Below are positions 14,694 to 27,914 of a stretch of DNA of 64,000 nucleotides, in pieces. The notes under the pieces are model-generated. The model was not told the origin of the DNA, did not search any database, and worked only from the letters and a program-made list of their open reading frames with translations. Within the stretch, counting starts at the first letter, position 1; the number at the start of each line of letters is the position of its first letter. Origin of the DNA: the human T2T-CHM13v2.0 reference genome, Homo sapiens; NCBI RefSeq assembly GCF_009914755.1, contig NC_060929.1; one strand, written 5' to 3'. The position numbers were made by a program, and so were the translations under genes.

Positions 14694-16058
14694 TAGAAGA
14701 ATAGTACAAATGGAGGTAAGCCATATCTATACCAAATAATTGGCATGCTATTTCTTCTATCAAAGTATGAGTCAATCTAGTCAGTTTTTGGTCATGTTTG
14801 TGCTTGTTGTTGTTGCTGTAGTTATTTTCTATGTACTACAGGCTTCAAATTCCCCCAGGAGTGGTTTGTAGCTTTTCACATGGGGCCTGAAATACTAAAA
14901 GGTTTTCTAGTATTCCTATTTTACCCTCAGCTTTCAAAAATCCCTGCTTGCCTGTACAATAGAAGGTATCTCTCGTAGTTTTGTCCCTTTCACAAAGAGT
15001 TCTTTCATTAGTTGCTAAATGCTTGTCTTGTGGTGGGGAAAGAGGGATTGTTAGTTCTCTTGTTCCAGCCTCAGTATTAGGCAGGCCCTGTGCACCTGGG
15101 GATGAGGTTTTTGTAGCACCCCTGCCTCCCAATCCATAGTATCCAAATTCTTCCTTGAATCTGTGAGATACTTGGGTGGTAAATAATTTCCTGCCCCTCT
15201 GCCAGCAGTCATAGATCAGTTTTGTATCAGCTTTGTATCAGCACAGAATCTTGTATAGGAGAAACTTTCTTTTCCCCCTCTCAGAGGCAGTCAGCTTTTA
15301 CTTCTGCCCCTTCCTGGGAATTAGTAGATCTTTGCCTGACTTCTAGGAGTGGTTTGTTTTAGGTTTGTTTTTGTCCTTCCTCCATAAGCAGAAGGGTTTT
15401 GCTTCTATCCTATTATCAAAAACAATGAATTTTTGCCTGGTCCCTGGAGGTGAAAGGGTTTCCTGCCCATCACTCCTGGTGTCCTAAGGCTTTTGTTTTG
15501 TAGAAGAGAGAGGTCCTTGTAAGTTTTATGGTTTTATGCCAAAATATCACTGACAGTATTTTCCCTCTGTTCTCCTGCCTTGCCCTGAATTTTTCTCATG
15601 AGTACCCAGTAGAAACCCACAGGAATGAGCCTGTAAATTGGTGTAAACTCTCCTTGTATCTGGGGCTTCCAGTTACTCTATAGTGTCTTGCTAAATCATG
15701 ATTGGCCTTTAAGAAATTTTTTTAAAACTTAGTCATTTTTTCTTAGCCATCATTATCATGGTTCCTGCAGCCTCTCATGGTCTGTCAAAGGGGAAACAAA
15801 GGGGAATTTATTTACTTGATCTCTCCTTGGAGGGACTTGTCATTATTTTGAATTTAATTAATCTGGTCACTTCCTGATAATTTAAAGAACAATTATGACG
15901 TTGTATCTGGCTTTTTCTCAATATTAAGGTGAGTACAAAGTTGTTTTATGGCTTTTTATAAGCAGAAATACAACTCTAACACCACACATATTGAAAGCCT
16001 AAAATCGCACCCTATCTTGATGCTCCATTCTCATCTCAAATAATAAAAGGATTGTTGA

Positions 16059-16355
16059 GGCCGGGCGCGGTGGCTCACGCCTGTAATCCCAGCGCTTTGG
16101 GAGGCTGAGGCGGGTGGATCACGAGGTCAGGAGATGGAAACCATTCTGGCTAACAGGGTGAAACCCCGTCTCTACTAAAAATACAAAAAATTAGCTGGGC
16201 ATGGTGGCGGGCTCCTGTAGTCCCAGCTACTGGGGAGGCTGAGGCAGGAGAATTGCTTGAAACCAGAAGACGGATGTTGCAGTGAGCCCTAGATCGCGCC
16301 ACTACACTCCAGCCTGGGCGACAGAGGGAGACTCCATCTCAAAAAAAAAAAAAAA
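16059..16355 (+). mobile_element. Alu (AluSc8/AluY-like)
   Basis: Full dimer; perfect TSD aaaaggattgttga (16045-16058 / 16352-16365). Confidence 0.95.
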
Positions 16356-16369
16356 GGATTGTTGAACAG

Positions 16370-17287
16370 TTTAACTCTCATCTTCCACTTTCCAATTCAT
16401 ATACTATTATTGTTTAATACTTAAGTTTTGTATTTATTCACCCCACAAATTGAAAACCATTTTTAGAAGTATCATATTTGTAAAGACACTTTCTCTCATC
16501 TTTTACTTCTATGTTTATGTTTGTGTTCACCACTCAACCTGAATCTCTTAATGTTCCTTGGTGTTATTTTTTTTCCTTCAGAATTTAATTTAGATGAAGC
16601 ATTTTTGATGTTGTTTATCCCTTCATGTATTTAGTTGACTCTTGTTTTTGAGAAAGAAATTAGTTAAAAACAAAATTCTAGGTTGGTAGTTATTTTCTCT
16701 CTTTGAAACTTTGAAAAACTTTAAACTATGTTTTAGTTGCCACTGTTGTAATTGAGAACACTGCCAATCTTGGTAATTAATCCATTCTTTCTATCTGGAT
16801 CATTTAAAGCTTTTCTCTTTATCTTTGGTGGTTTTAATCCCTAGTTTTCCTGTAATGTGTCCAGATATGAATTTCTTTTTATTTGTATGTCTTGCTATAT
16901 ATTGTGCTTCCTGTATCTGGGCTTCAGTACTCCAAATAGACATATATTAGACCTTCTTATTTGACCCTGCCTATATCTTAAGCTCTTTTTTTTAAGAAAT
17001 AACATTTTGCATTTTCCTAACTTTGCTACATTTTGCATGAGTTCCCAATGTAGTTTTTCTGTTTATGGATTCTTTCTTCAACTATGGCTAAATTGTTAAT
17101 GAACCAAATTATTGAGTGTTTGCTTTTACCTATTGCATTTTTTCATTTATTGAAATTCTTTTTTAATATGACAATTTCTGAAGTTTTATATCAGTTTTTA
17201 ATTGAATACTTACTTTTCTAAAATATGTATACTAACTATATCCATATTCTGTCACTCTAATTTTCAACATTTACATAATATGGGTGT
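16370..17287 (-). mobile_element. Ancient L1M fragment
   Basis: aaaattctaggttggtagttattttctctc, ttttctctttatctttgg antisense L1M motifs. Confidence 0.5.
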
Positions 17288-17658
17288 TGTATCAGTCTTT
17301 TTAGGTTGCCACAATGAAATATTATAGACTTAGTGGCTTAAAAAGCAGACCTTCATTTTCTTAAAATTCTAAAGGATGGAAGTCCAAGATTAGGGTGTCA
17401 CATGGTGAGGTTCTGATGAGCACTCCCCTCCTGGTTTGCAGATGGTGACTTTCTCACTGTGTCTTCAGATGGTATAGACAGAGAGATATGGTGTCCCTTT
17501 CTCTTCTTATAATGGCAATAACCCATAATGAGGGCCTCATTCTCATGCTGTCATCAAAAACCAATTACCTCCTAAAAGCCCTGTCTCCAAATACCATCAC
17601 ACTGGAGTTTAGAGATTCGACATATGAATTTGACAGGGATAAAATTTATTCCATAGCA
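17288..17658 (-). mobile_element. MLT1A-type MaLR solo LTR
   Basis: tgtatcagtc...ggaagtccaagat...tctccaaataccatcac...ccatagca. Confidence 0.87.
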
Positions 17659-18749
17659 ATGGTCTAAATAACTTGCATTTTATTTCTGTCCGTTCTTACA
17701 GTGACTTGCCTTGAGGAAACTGAAGCCCAGAGATGTATCCTGGTAGTCAGAAATCTTCCTTATCCATGACTGCTTCAACTCTCTTCAAAACAAGATCAGC
17801 TTTCTACTTCCCCGTCATTCTTAGTTTCACTCTCCCCACAACAGTGTTGATGTAATAGAAATTTGGTTGGTTCTGGCTACCTTCTGGTCCAAGTAAGCTT
17901 CCTGCTGCTCCAATTCCCTGTACACCAAACCCTTGCTCAGGTCTAGGATCCCAGTCTCCAAAGGCCTGAATTGAGCTCCTCCAGCATATGAGGGAGATAT
18001 TCTCATACAAATCAACAACAAAATCCATTATAAAGTTACTTAAACTGTACATGCTCAATTAGAAATTATGTGTACAGTTTATTTTTAAAAGTGATCTGGA
18101 TGATCTAGATCCTTTATCATTACATTATTTTCTAGGTCATTCTTTTTTAATATAATGATAAAATAGAAGAATTAATCATAATAGATTGTTCTTTTAGAAT
18201 CTTTTTTATTCCAGGCTGCTCTTGAAGTAAAAGGAGGATAAACTGTCAAGTAATTCTTATTGTATAATAGAAGAAATTAAGTTTCAGAATAAAAGATACT
18301 TTTACTGTGCCTTTCAGGACTGTAATGTAGCCAGAGAATTACAGTTCTGATATTTCTTTTAACTAGATAGTATCTTCCATTTTTAAAATATAAGCATTCA
18401 TGTTTAGTCTGAAGTTTGCTTAAAAATGTGTTCATGACTTGGCACATATGGCTAAAAGAGAGAGAATCCAATGTTATAAAGAAAATACAGACATGGTACA
18501 ATGGTTAATTTACAGCTACTTTTAGCACCTTTTCTCTTTACCGAGCTGAAATTAAACAGGATCTTTTGGTGTTTTTGTGTCATAGATAGATGTATATTTT
18601 CATCTGGACATTTTTTACCCTATTAAAATAGAATTTTAACAACAGAGAAAACACTGGTGACATCCATAAATGAGTATAAAAGAATAAAAAATTGTAAAAC
18701 TCTATAAGATCCTAGCACATTTTCTATTAAATCTTCCCCAAATGCATTA

Positions 18750-19570
18750 TTCTGAAAAAAATTAAAGAATACAGAAGAATTGAAAGAATAGTATCATAAA
18801 CACCAATGCACATTTCACCTGAATTCAACAATTGTTATCAACGTCACATTTGCTTTCTATCTCTAAACACACACACACACTCAATTTATTAATGTGGTAC
18901 TATTTGAAAGTAACTATCAGAGATCATGCCATTTCATTCCTAAACAGTTTAATACGTACCTTCTGAAGATAAGGACATTCTCCTATGAAAATAAATAATT
19001 CCTCAATAAAATAAGGTATCCAGTATATATTCAAAGTTCAATTGTCCCCAAATGTCCTTTATTGATTTATATTTTCTATCCAGGATCCAGTCAAAGATCC
19101 TGATTCCATTTGGCAGTTATGTCTCTTTAGCGCTTTTACACTTAGAACAATCCTTCTACCTTCTTTTCCTATGTCATTGATTTTTGGAAGTTCCCAGGAC
19201 AATTTTCTTTCATCATTATCCACTTTCTGAGTTTGTCTGATTGTTTCTCATGTTACTGTTTTATTTGGTTCTTTATTGCCTATAAACTGGAGGTTCAGAG
19301 ACTTCAGATTCAGCTTAAATTTTTCTGGTGGAGATACGTCATGGGCAGTACAGTTCACTTCATATTTCATTGCATCAAGTGACACATGCTAGGTTGTCTC
19401 TCATGAACAATGGTAAATTTGGTCACGTAGTAAAGGTGGGGATTTCCAGATATCTCCATGGTAAAGGTACATTTTCTTTTCTTATAAATTGTGTTTGGGG
19501 TGGTTACACTTTCACACCAAGTTTACTTTTCCCCAACTGTCTTCCCCAGAATTATTATAAATTACATTCA
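18750..19570 (-). mobile_element. L1MC4/5-like 3' end
   Basis: acagaagaattgaaagaatagta...taaggacattctccta...ccaggatccagtcaaagatc. Confidence 0.65.
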
Positions 19571-20363
19571 TGATATCTGCTTATATCATGAACCAGCTCC
19601 GCGTCTTGCATGGGACCAAGGCCAAATCTCATGTTCTCTTGTGGCTGAAAAATTTCAGCTTCTGGTCATTAGTATATACGCTTGACCACCCCACTGTGAT
19701 TCTCAGCCTTGTATAACATCTTGCACATTTAAGATACTTTGTGTTATCTTGTACACCAAAAACTCTAGATTTGAATATCCTTATCACTTTTCCCAATTTT
19801 TCATTATTTCTTTTGATCTTGGCTATGTTGTTTTATTTTATTTGTTATTATTTCTATAGTTTTTGGGTAACAGATGGTGTTTGCTTACATGGATAACTTC
19901 TTTAGTGGTAGTTATCCTGAGATTTTGGTGGACCATCACCTGAGCAGTGTACACTGTTTTCCGTGTTAGTCTTTTGTCTTTCACTCCACTCCCAACCTTC
20001 CCCACTGAGTCCCCAGAGTCCATTATATCATTTTTATACCTTTGCATGCTCATAGCTTGGCTCCCACTTATAAGTGAGAATATACAATGCTTGGTTTTCC
20101 ATTTCTGAGTTACTTCACTCAGAGTAATGGTCTCCAATTTCATCCAGATTGCTGCAAATGCCATTATTTTGTTCCTTTTTTATGACTGAGTAGTATTCCA
20201 TGGTATATATATGTAACATCTTCTTTATTCACTTGTTGGTTGATGGGCATTTAGGCTGGTTCCATTTTGTTACAATTGCAAATTTTGCTGCTATAAATAT
20301 CCATGTACAGGTGTCTTTTTCATATAATTGTTTCTTTTCCTCTGGGTAGATATCCAGTAGTGG

Positions 20364-21011
20364 TGAGAGGTGAATCCAGCTGAGTTTCTGGATCGGGTGG
20401 GGACTTGGAGAACTTTTATGTCTAGCTAAAGGATTGTAAATGCACCAATCAGCATTCTGTGTCTAGCTAAAGGATTGTAAAAGCACCAATCAGAGCTCTG
20501 TAAAATGGACCAATCAGCAGGATGTGGCTGGGGCCAAATAAGGGAATAAAAGCTGGCCACCCTAGCCAGCAGCGGCAACCAGCTCAGGTTCCCTTCCATG
20601 CTGTTGAAGCTTTGTTCTTTGGTTGTTTACAATAAATCTGGCTGCTGCTCACTTTGGGTCCATACTACCTTTATGAGCTGTAACACTCACTGTGAGGGTC
20701 TGCGGCTTCATTCCTGAAGTCAGCGAGACCACGAACCCACCGGAAGGAAGAAACTCCAGACACATCTGAATATCTGAAGGAACAAACTCCAGACCCACCA
20801 TCTTTAAGAGCTGTAACACTTGCTGCGAACATCTGCAGCTTCACTCCTGAAGTCTGAGAAGGAAGAAACTCCGGACACATCTGAATATCTGAAGGAAAAA
20901 CTCCAGACACACCATCTTTAAGAACTGTAACACTCACCACAAGGATCCACAGCTTCATTCTTGAAGTCAGCGAGACCAAGAACCCACTGGAAGGAACCAA
21001 TTCCGGACACA
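20364..21011 (+). mobile_element. LTR12 (ERV9) solo LTR, LTR12F-like
   Basis: TGAGAGGTGAA...CCGGACACA termini, gtctagctaaaggattgtaaa/caccaatcag repeats, exact 4-bp TSD GTGG (20360-20363 / 21012-21015). Confidence 0.95.
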
Positions 21012-21724
21012 GTGGGATTGCTGGATCAAATGGTAGTTCTACTTTTAGTTCTTTAAGGAGTCTACATACTGTTTCCCATAGTGGTTGTACTAGTTTACAT
21101 TCCCACCAGCAGTGTAAAAGTGTTCCCTTTTCACCACACCCATGCCAACATCTTTTGTTTTTTGATTTTTTAATTATGGCCAGTCTTGCAGGAGTGAGGT
21201 GGTATTGCACTGTGATTTTGATTTGCATTTCCCTGGTAATTAGTGATGCTGAGCATTTTTTCATGTTTGCTGGTCATTTGTATATCTTCTTTTGAGAATT
21301 GTCTAATCATGTCCTTAGCCTACTTTTTGATGGGATTATTTTATTTTTTTCTTGCTTATTTGTTTAAGTGCCTTGTAGATTCTGGATATTAGTCCTTCGT
21401 CAGATGCTGAGTTTGTGAATATTTTCTCTCACTCTGTGGGTTGCCTGTTTACTCTGTTGATTATTTCTTTTGCTGTGCAGAAGCTTTTTTAGTTTAATTA
21501 GGCCCCGTCTGTTTATTTTTGTTTTGTTGCATTTGCTATGCAACAAAAGTTAGTCATGAATTCTTTGCCTAAGCCAATGTCTAGAAGAGTTTTAATGATG
21601 TAATCTTCTAGAATTCTTATGGTTTCAGATCTTAGATTTAAGTCTTTGATCCATCTTGAGTTGATTTTTGTATAAGGTGAGAAATGAGGATCCAGTTTCA
21701 TTCTTCCACAAGTGCTGCCAATTA

Positions 21725-21796
21725 TCCTAGCAGCATTTGTTGAATAGGGTGTCCTTTCCCTCCTAGCAGCATTTGTTGAATAGGGTGTCCTTTCCC
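21725..21796. repeat. Perfect 36-bp tandem duplication
   Basis: tcctagcagcatttgttgaatagggtgtcctttccc x2. Confidence 0.97.
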
Positions 21797-22204
21797 TACT
21801 CTGTTTTTCTTTGCTTTGCTGAAGATCAGTTGGCTGTAAGTATTTGTCTTTATTTTTGGGTTCTCTATTCTCTTCCATTGGTCTACGTGCCGATTTTTAT
21901 ACCAGTACCTGCTATTTTGGTGACTATGGCCTTGTGGTATAGTTTGAAGTCAGGTAATATGATGCCTCCATATTTATTATTTTGCTTAGCCTTGCTTTGG
22001 TTCTGTGGGCTCTTTTTTGGTTCCATATGAATTTTAGGATTTTTTTTTTTAGTTCTGTGAAGAATGATGATGGCATTTTGATGTACTGTATATGTTTATT
22101 TTAAACCAGTATTTGTGTATGTTTTGGTGCTAGGAGGTCTATTTAAGCTCATTTAGGACCTGAGATTGTCCCGGCAGGTACATGAGTCCAGGAGAGAAAT
22201 CCAA

Positions 22205-22318
22205 GCAGGGAGAAGAAGAAAGGAGGAGAAGGGAAGGAAGGGAGGAGAAGCAGAGGAGCAGGAAAGGAGGAAAGGAAGGAGGAGTAGGAGAAGGAGGAAG
22301 AAGAAGAAGAAAAAAAGT
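22205..22318 (+). repeat. GA-rich low-complexity tract
   Basis: Almost pure purine run of GGA/GAA/GAAG units. Confidence 0.9.
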
Positions 22319-23213
22319 CAATGGCCTATTAGAAAGGATTCTTAGATAAAAGCAAGTTTTCTTTGCAGTATTTGTATGCCTTCCGTTGCTTTTGGCCATA
22401 AGGACAGTGCTCTGCTGGTGAATTCATTTTCTAGATGCAGCAAGAGCAGGTATGCTATGCTTATGTCAGAGCAGGTGATTGGGTGAGAAGGATAAGCAGA
22501 AAGATTTTGAAACTGACTCTCAGGCTTCTCTGTCTTTGCTAGCTGGAGCTAACTCATCTTGGAATAATTAGTTCTTTTAATAAAAGTAATGACTATAAAA
22601 ATAGAATTTATTCTAATTTAATAGATGTAATAGATATTATTTATGTAAATGGGTTTTGATGTCTCTACTGTTTTCAACTTCTTCAATGTTGAAACATTTT
22701 CATTTCCTGAAGATGAACTTGATTTCTGCAAACAGTTGGAATTTGTGAACTAAGCCTGGTGACTAAGAACTGTGAAATAAACAAAGTAATACCAACTTGG
22801 TAACATCAAAAATATTTTCACTGAAAGTACATGAAATACCGAAATGAATTATGAGCCAATCATTATGCCATAGTTTGCACCTATTTATGAATATCATATG
22901 TTTATGATCCATAAATAACATTTATTGATTTACTGTTTAATAATCATACAAACACAAGAATTATATTTTCATTGTAACTGTGTGAAACTTTGAAAAAGCT
23001 TTTTTTAGTTATTATGTTGCAATTGAGAGCTAAATAGAGAGCTGCTTCACTTCATTCTTTCCCTTCTCTCTTTCCTTCCTGTATCACCTTTCTCTCTCTT
23101 ATCATGTCATTCCTGCCCAAAAATACTTTGTGTGTTGGTAGGGCCTTTGGCTTAAGCCCAATATCCATTACTCAGAACACTATAATCTAGCCCCATCTCG
23201 CTTAACATATTTC

Positions 23214-23516
23214 TTCTTTTTTAATTTTTTTGAGACAGGTTCTCACTCTGTCACCCAGGTTGGAGTGCAGCTGCATGATCATAGCTCACTGCAGCCTCGA
23301 CCTCCTGGGCTCAGATGATCCTCCTGTCTCAGCCACCTGAGTAATTGGGACGAGTGGTGTGTGCCATCACACTTGGATAATTTTTAAAATGCTTTTGTAG
23401 AGATGAGGGTCTCACTATATTGCCCAGGCTGATATTGAACTCTTGGCCTCAAGCAATTTTTCCACCTCTGCCTCCCAAAGTGCTGAGATTACAGGCATGA
23501 GCCTCTGTGTCTGGCC
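23214..23516 (-). mobile_element. AluJ (Jo/Jr-like)
   Basis: gatcatagctcactgcagcctcgacctcctgggctca; flanking repeat ttaacatatttctt on both sides. Confidence 0.93.
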
Positions 23517-23624
23517 TTAATTTAACATATTTCTTATATTGTCTCTTCCATGTATCTAGATAGTCTTCTTACTTTTCCTTTTTGTATATACTAGTTATTA
23601 ATTTATTAATAATGCTTTTATTAA

Positions 23625-23780
23625 ATACTATGTTTATTAAACACCTATGTGGGACTGTGCTAAAATCTAGCAATGGAAAGATAAATAAGACATCTTTCTT
23701 AGCCTCAAGGAGCTCACACTATAGTGGAGTTGCCAGGTAATAAACAATAATTTAACACAAGTTAAGAAGTGCAAATGTAT
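23625..23780 (-). mobile_element. L2 3' fragment
   Basis: tttattaaacacctatgtg...gcctcaaggagctcaca. Confidence 0.65.
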
Positions 23781-24091
23781 CCTGGTTCTCAGACAAGACT
23801 GTGACAGATTATTATTCCATTCATTTTTGTTTCCCAGTACTATCTGTTTTTTTCCAGCCTAAAATAAAATAAAAGATAAAGAATGAGCAGAGCCCCAGTG
23901 GCACTTTATGGAACATAAAATCCAACCTCCTAATTTTTCAGTGAGCAAAACTAAGTCTCACAGAGGACACACAATAAATTAACAGGATTAGAATTCAACC
24001 TCTAAACTCACAGCCCAGTGCCTATTAAGCTAGATTAATTGGCAGCACATGAGAAGGTAACACAGGGAATATTAGACAGACACCTGGAATG

Positions 24092-24870
24092 TTGTAGCTG
24101 ATATTCCTCCAAAAGCAGATATTGTGACAAGAACTTGAATGCAGGTAGCTTTTCTGTTTAGACAGGCCTCACTCTGTTGCCCAGGCTGGAGTACGGTGGC
24201 ATGATCACAGCTCACTGCAGCTTCAATCTTCTGGACTCAAGCGATCCTCCTGCCTCAGACTCCTCAGTAGCTAGGACAACAGGTGTGTGCCACCATTCCC
24301 AGCTATTTTTTTTATTGTATGTTTTGTAGAGGCAGGGTCTTGCTATATTGCCCAGGCTGGTCTCAAACTTGTGAGCTTAAACAATCCTCCCACCTTGTTG
24401 AGATTACAGGCTTGAGCCACCAAGTCCAGCTGCAGGTAACTTTTTAGGGAGCTTCTCACAGTAAGTTTGAGTAGAAAGGGAAGACAGAAAAGTGAGCAGA
24501 ATCCATAGAATGTGAATGTGAGTGAGTTCCCAATGTTAGCACCTGCGGCTCAAGCCTACTGGGAGCCCTCTGAGCCACTGTGCAGAATATGCCTCAGAAT
24601 TATACCACAGAAGGACAAGGCACCTGAGGTATTTACCATTAACTCATTTTCCTCATCATTTTGAATGTTACTCTTGGTGCTATTAAATCCCCAGATTTAA
24701 TCCCCACTCAAGCTGTGGACAGTCTGAAAAAGTTCTCCTGGAGCCAGAGAAAGGCCTCAGGCAGTAAAGCAGAAAGATTCCCTGTCAATGGTTACAGGAA
24801 ATGTCCATCTTAGCTACAGGTGAACTCAGAGGTAACCTGGGGGTATGGCACAGGGCATTCATGACATCTG
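24092..24870. mobile_element. Old ERVL-type LTR (LTR16/LTR33 group), split by Alu
   Basis: aaagcagatattgtgacaag..tgcaggtag...gcagaatatgcctcagaatt...ggtatttac; family assignment uncertain. Confidence 0.55.
24154..24430 (-). mobile_element. AluJ with small internal deletion
   Basis: J diagnostics; TSD tgcaggtagctttt (24140-24153) / tgcaggtaactttt (24431-24444). Confidence 0.92.
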
Positions 24871-25809
24871 CTATCTGGATGGATGGTGATTTTTTGAGAA
24901 TTGAAAAAGTGATATATGTCATTTTGTTTTTATCATCCTGCCCAGTGCCAGATCTAACCATGACTACCCTTGTCATTTCATAGGTCATCATTGGATGTTA
25001 CTGTTGTTCTTGAAAATTACTTCATTGTGACGATTTTGCTCTATCAAAAAGAAACATTCAGTGCATTTGCTAAATGACATTGCAAAGAGTTATTATCATT
25101 ATCTTTACCCAAAATTTTCTCATCTATGAGTTATTTTTATATTGCTCTACATTTTTCTGTTATTTATTATAAAGAATTATGTATCTGGGACTTCTTAACT
25201 ACCCAGGCAATAGTAATATTTTTCAAATTGAGGAGGGAGTAGTCATTTTCATTTTGCTCTAGCAGTGAGAAGACAGACGAAAGATGTTGCTTATATGGTT
25301 AAGTTTATGAGAGTTTAGTCACTTGCTGTTCAAGGAAGTATCCAAGCATTCAGAAATGAATCTAAATTTCCTTACTCTGGAAGTTGGCCCTAAGCCCATT
25401 CTTTATTTTGGGATATGATTTGAGTTAGAAGTCCTTGGAGAATTGTTTTGTTTCTGTCTTTGTTTGCCTAGATTTTGTTTGTTTGTTTATTTTGCTTGTT
25501 TTTTGCTTGTTTTGATACTTCTAACTTGTGGTTTGGGTCGATTTCATAAAATTAGAGGGTATGTGCACTTTTAAAAAACTTTTTCGTAAAAAGTCAACCA
25601 GAGTATTTAAAACATCGGAAACATGATTTGTGTTTAAAACTTTTGAAACTTGGTCTGATTCTTGTATTGTGCTAATGTGGAATGGGCTTGGATCTATCTG
25701 CCCTCCATTTTTTTTTTTTGATATGTGTTAAAAGGATTTTTTGGTGATGAGTTTATTTTCCAAATCTACCTCATTCAGAGAAATGTGAAAATCACTCAAG
25801 TAAAACAAA

Positions 25810-25972
25810 ATTTTAGCCAGATCTTTATTCTTACTATACTCTGTATAACTGTATATAAAGGGAAGTGAATCTTTCTAGGCCTCAGTTTCTTTATCTGCTA
25901 AACACATAGAAGTAAAAAATTAGCACTGGATCATCTCGTAGATAATTTTATTCCTCAAAATTGTGGATTTTA
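25810..25972 (+). mobile_element. MIR/MIR3 fragment
   Basis: tctaggcctcagtttctttatctg core. Confidence 0.6.
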
Positions 25973-26416
25973 TAGGTGTCGATAACTTTTGCCATTTCAT
26001 GTTCCTCATCAGTTTTTCAAACTGATTATCAAGGTACACATCCAACTCAATATTATGATGAGAAAGAGAATGCTAGGCAATCTTTAATGCTCTTGTCATT
26101 TCCATTGTAGTCATCTAAATTTTAAGGCTAATGAATGTTACAATAGTGCAAAGGGATTGGAGATCGTTTCCTATCCTCTAACCAGCCCTCTGCAATCATT
26201 CTCTTAAGGTGGCCAAAAGGCAAGAAAAGAAGAGTGAAGAAAAAAATAGGGCAGGTACTGCAGGAAACCATGTTGCCAGCACTCTCCTAGCCCAAAAAAA
26301 TTACATCTAGGAAGCAGGGGCCATTAACCTACTGGAATCATTGACTATGTCATAGAAGTCCAGTCACCCCGCAGGAACCAGAATCTTCCCCATGGATATT
26401 TAAACCCAATTAGAAA

Positions 26417-26435
26417 TGGCCACCAGGTGGTGCCA
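26417..26435 (+). promoter_or_regulatory. CTCF binding motif
   Basis: TGGCCACCAGGTGGTGCCA closely matches the CTCF core TGGCCACCAGGGGGCGCTA, in non-repeat sequence. Confidence 0.75.
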
Positions 26436-27596
26436 AACTGCAGCTAAGGTCCAGGTGAATTTGAACCATGCAATCTTGGATCTTTTGGCTCTCCTGGTGA
26501 TTTTTATAGAGTTTTTTTCATCGTTAATCCATTTATGAATAAATGCTGTCAGTTTTGATAACTCTTTCTTATTGTCTATAGGTAAAACAGAAAACCTTTA
26601 GCATTGTATAAAAGTCTTCCTTATTTTTTACTGTGACCTCTTTCTTTCTTTTGATCTCTAATATTTAGTCGCATGGGAACACCAACTGTTAACTGAATTT
26701 CCATTTTTCCATGCCTTTGCAAATGCTCTTCTGTCTGGAGGGCCTTTCCTGCCACAGGCCTTGCACTTTAGATTTAATTAAAAGCTTTTGCTGAAAAAGA
26801 GGTCAAACCTGTAATGATCTACCTCAAAGGTGTTGTTGTCTGAAATTTCTTGGATTACTTCCCTCTAAAAAAAAAGCAGGATTATTAATCCTGACATCTC
26901 TGGTCTGCCAAAGCACTTTGTTCATATTTGTTAAAGCTGTGATTTCTCACATTAAATATCTTTATTGTCTTACTCAGTTTGCCACTTAGAATGTAACGCA
27001 GTCAGTATAGAAACAAACCAAACTTTTCATCTTTATGTCATCATTGACTAAAGACACATATATCATATAACTTCAGGAACTGTATTTGCAGTAAATAAAA
27101 AAGTATTTTAATAAAAATATGTATATTTTATGTACACACATTTTTTAAGTTGGATTAAGTTTAATCAAATTAGGATGGCTGAGCATCTAAATGAAGTGGT
27201 GATTTTTTTAGATGAGGAAAATAATCATTTTCTAATGTGGATGAGCACTGTATTTTTCCTTTCTTTTGCCTGCTTGCAGTTGTCTTACAGCAAAATATTC
27301 ATGAGTGTTATGTCCTATTAGTAGTGTATCAGTGGTCCAGAATATATGTGTATTGCCCTTCCCAGAATTAGTAGTTTTATATGACACAGCAAATGTACTT
27401 GGTAATGGACAACATCCCTTTAATTGTGGTCTTGGTCTTCTAGAAAGACTAGCATGCCATAGGTTCCCTATTTTTGGCTTTTTCCTAATTCAATTCTTAG
27501 CAATACTGATTACTATTGAATAGTCATTTGCATAAGGCTTTTTACTGATACCTAAAATGCTACAGCTAAGATCAAGATCAGAAAATAGTTAATTTC

Positions 27597-27893
<297 letters not shown>

Positions 27894-27914
27894 TTAATTT
27901 CAATAATTATAAAA

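Larger units (their letters stand above)
19830..22083 (-). mobile_element. L1PB1-like 5'-truncated element, split by LTR12
   Basis: 3' end ctgagattttggtggaccatcacctgagcagtgtacactg; ORF2-like ORFs 19838-20164, 20671-21264, 21513-21878. Confidence 0.9.

Noticed and set aside
16059-16355. AluY/AluS chimera by gene conversion
   Set aside because: The mixed diagnostics fit the intermediate AluSc8 subfamily
17804-18058. Overlapping short ORFs in unique sequence
   Set aside because: No recognisable domain or splice context
20415-20940. Regularly spaced repeats resembling a CRISPR-like array
   Set aside because: Normal LTR12 U3/U5 subrepeats in primate DNA; no unique spacers or cas genes
20671-21264. 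197-aa ORF, longest in window
   Set aside because: L1 ORF2 piece reading through into antisense LTR12 tandem repeats; no independent evidence of coding
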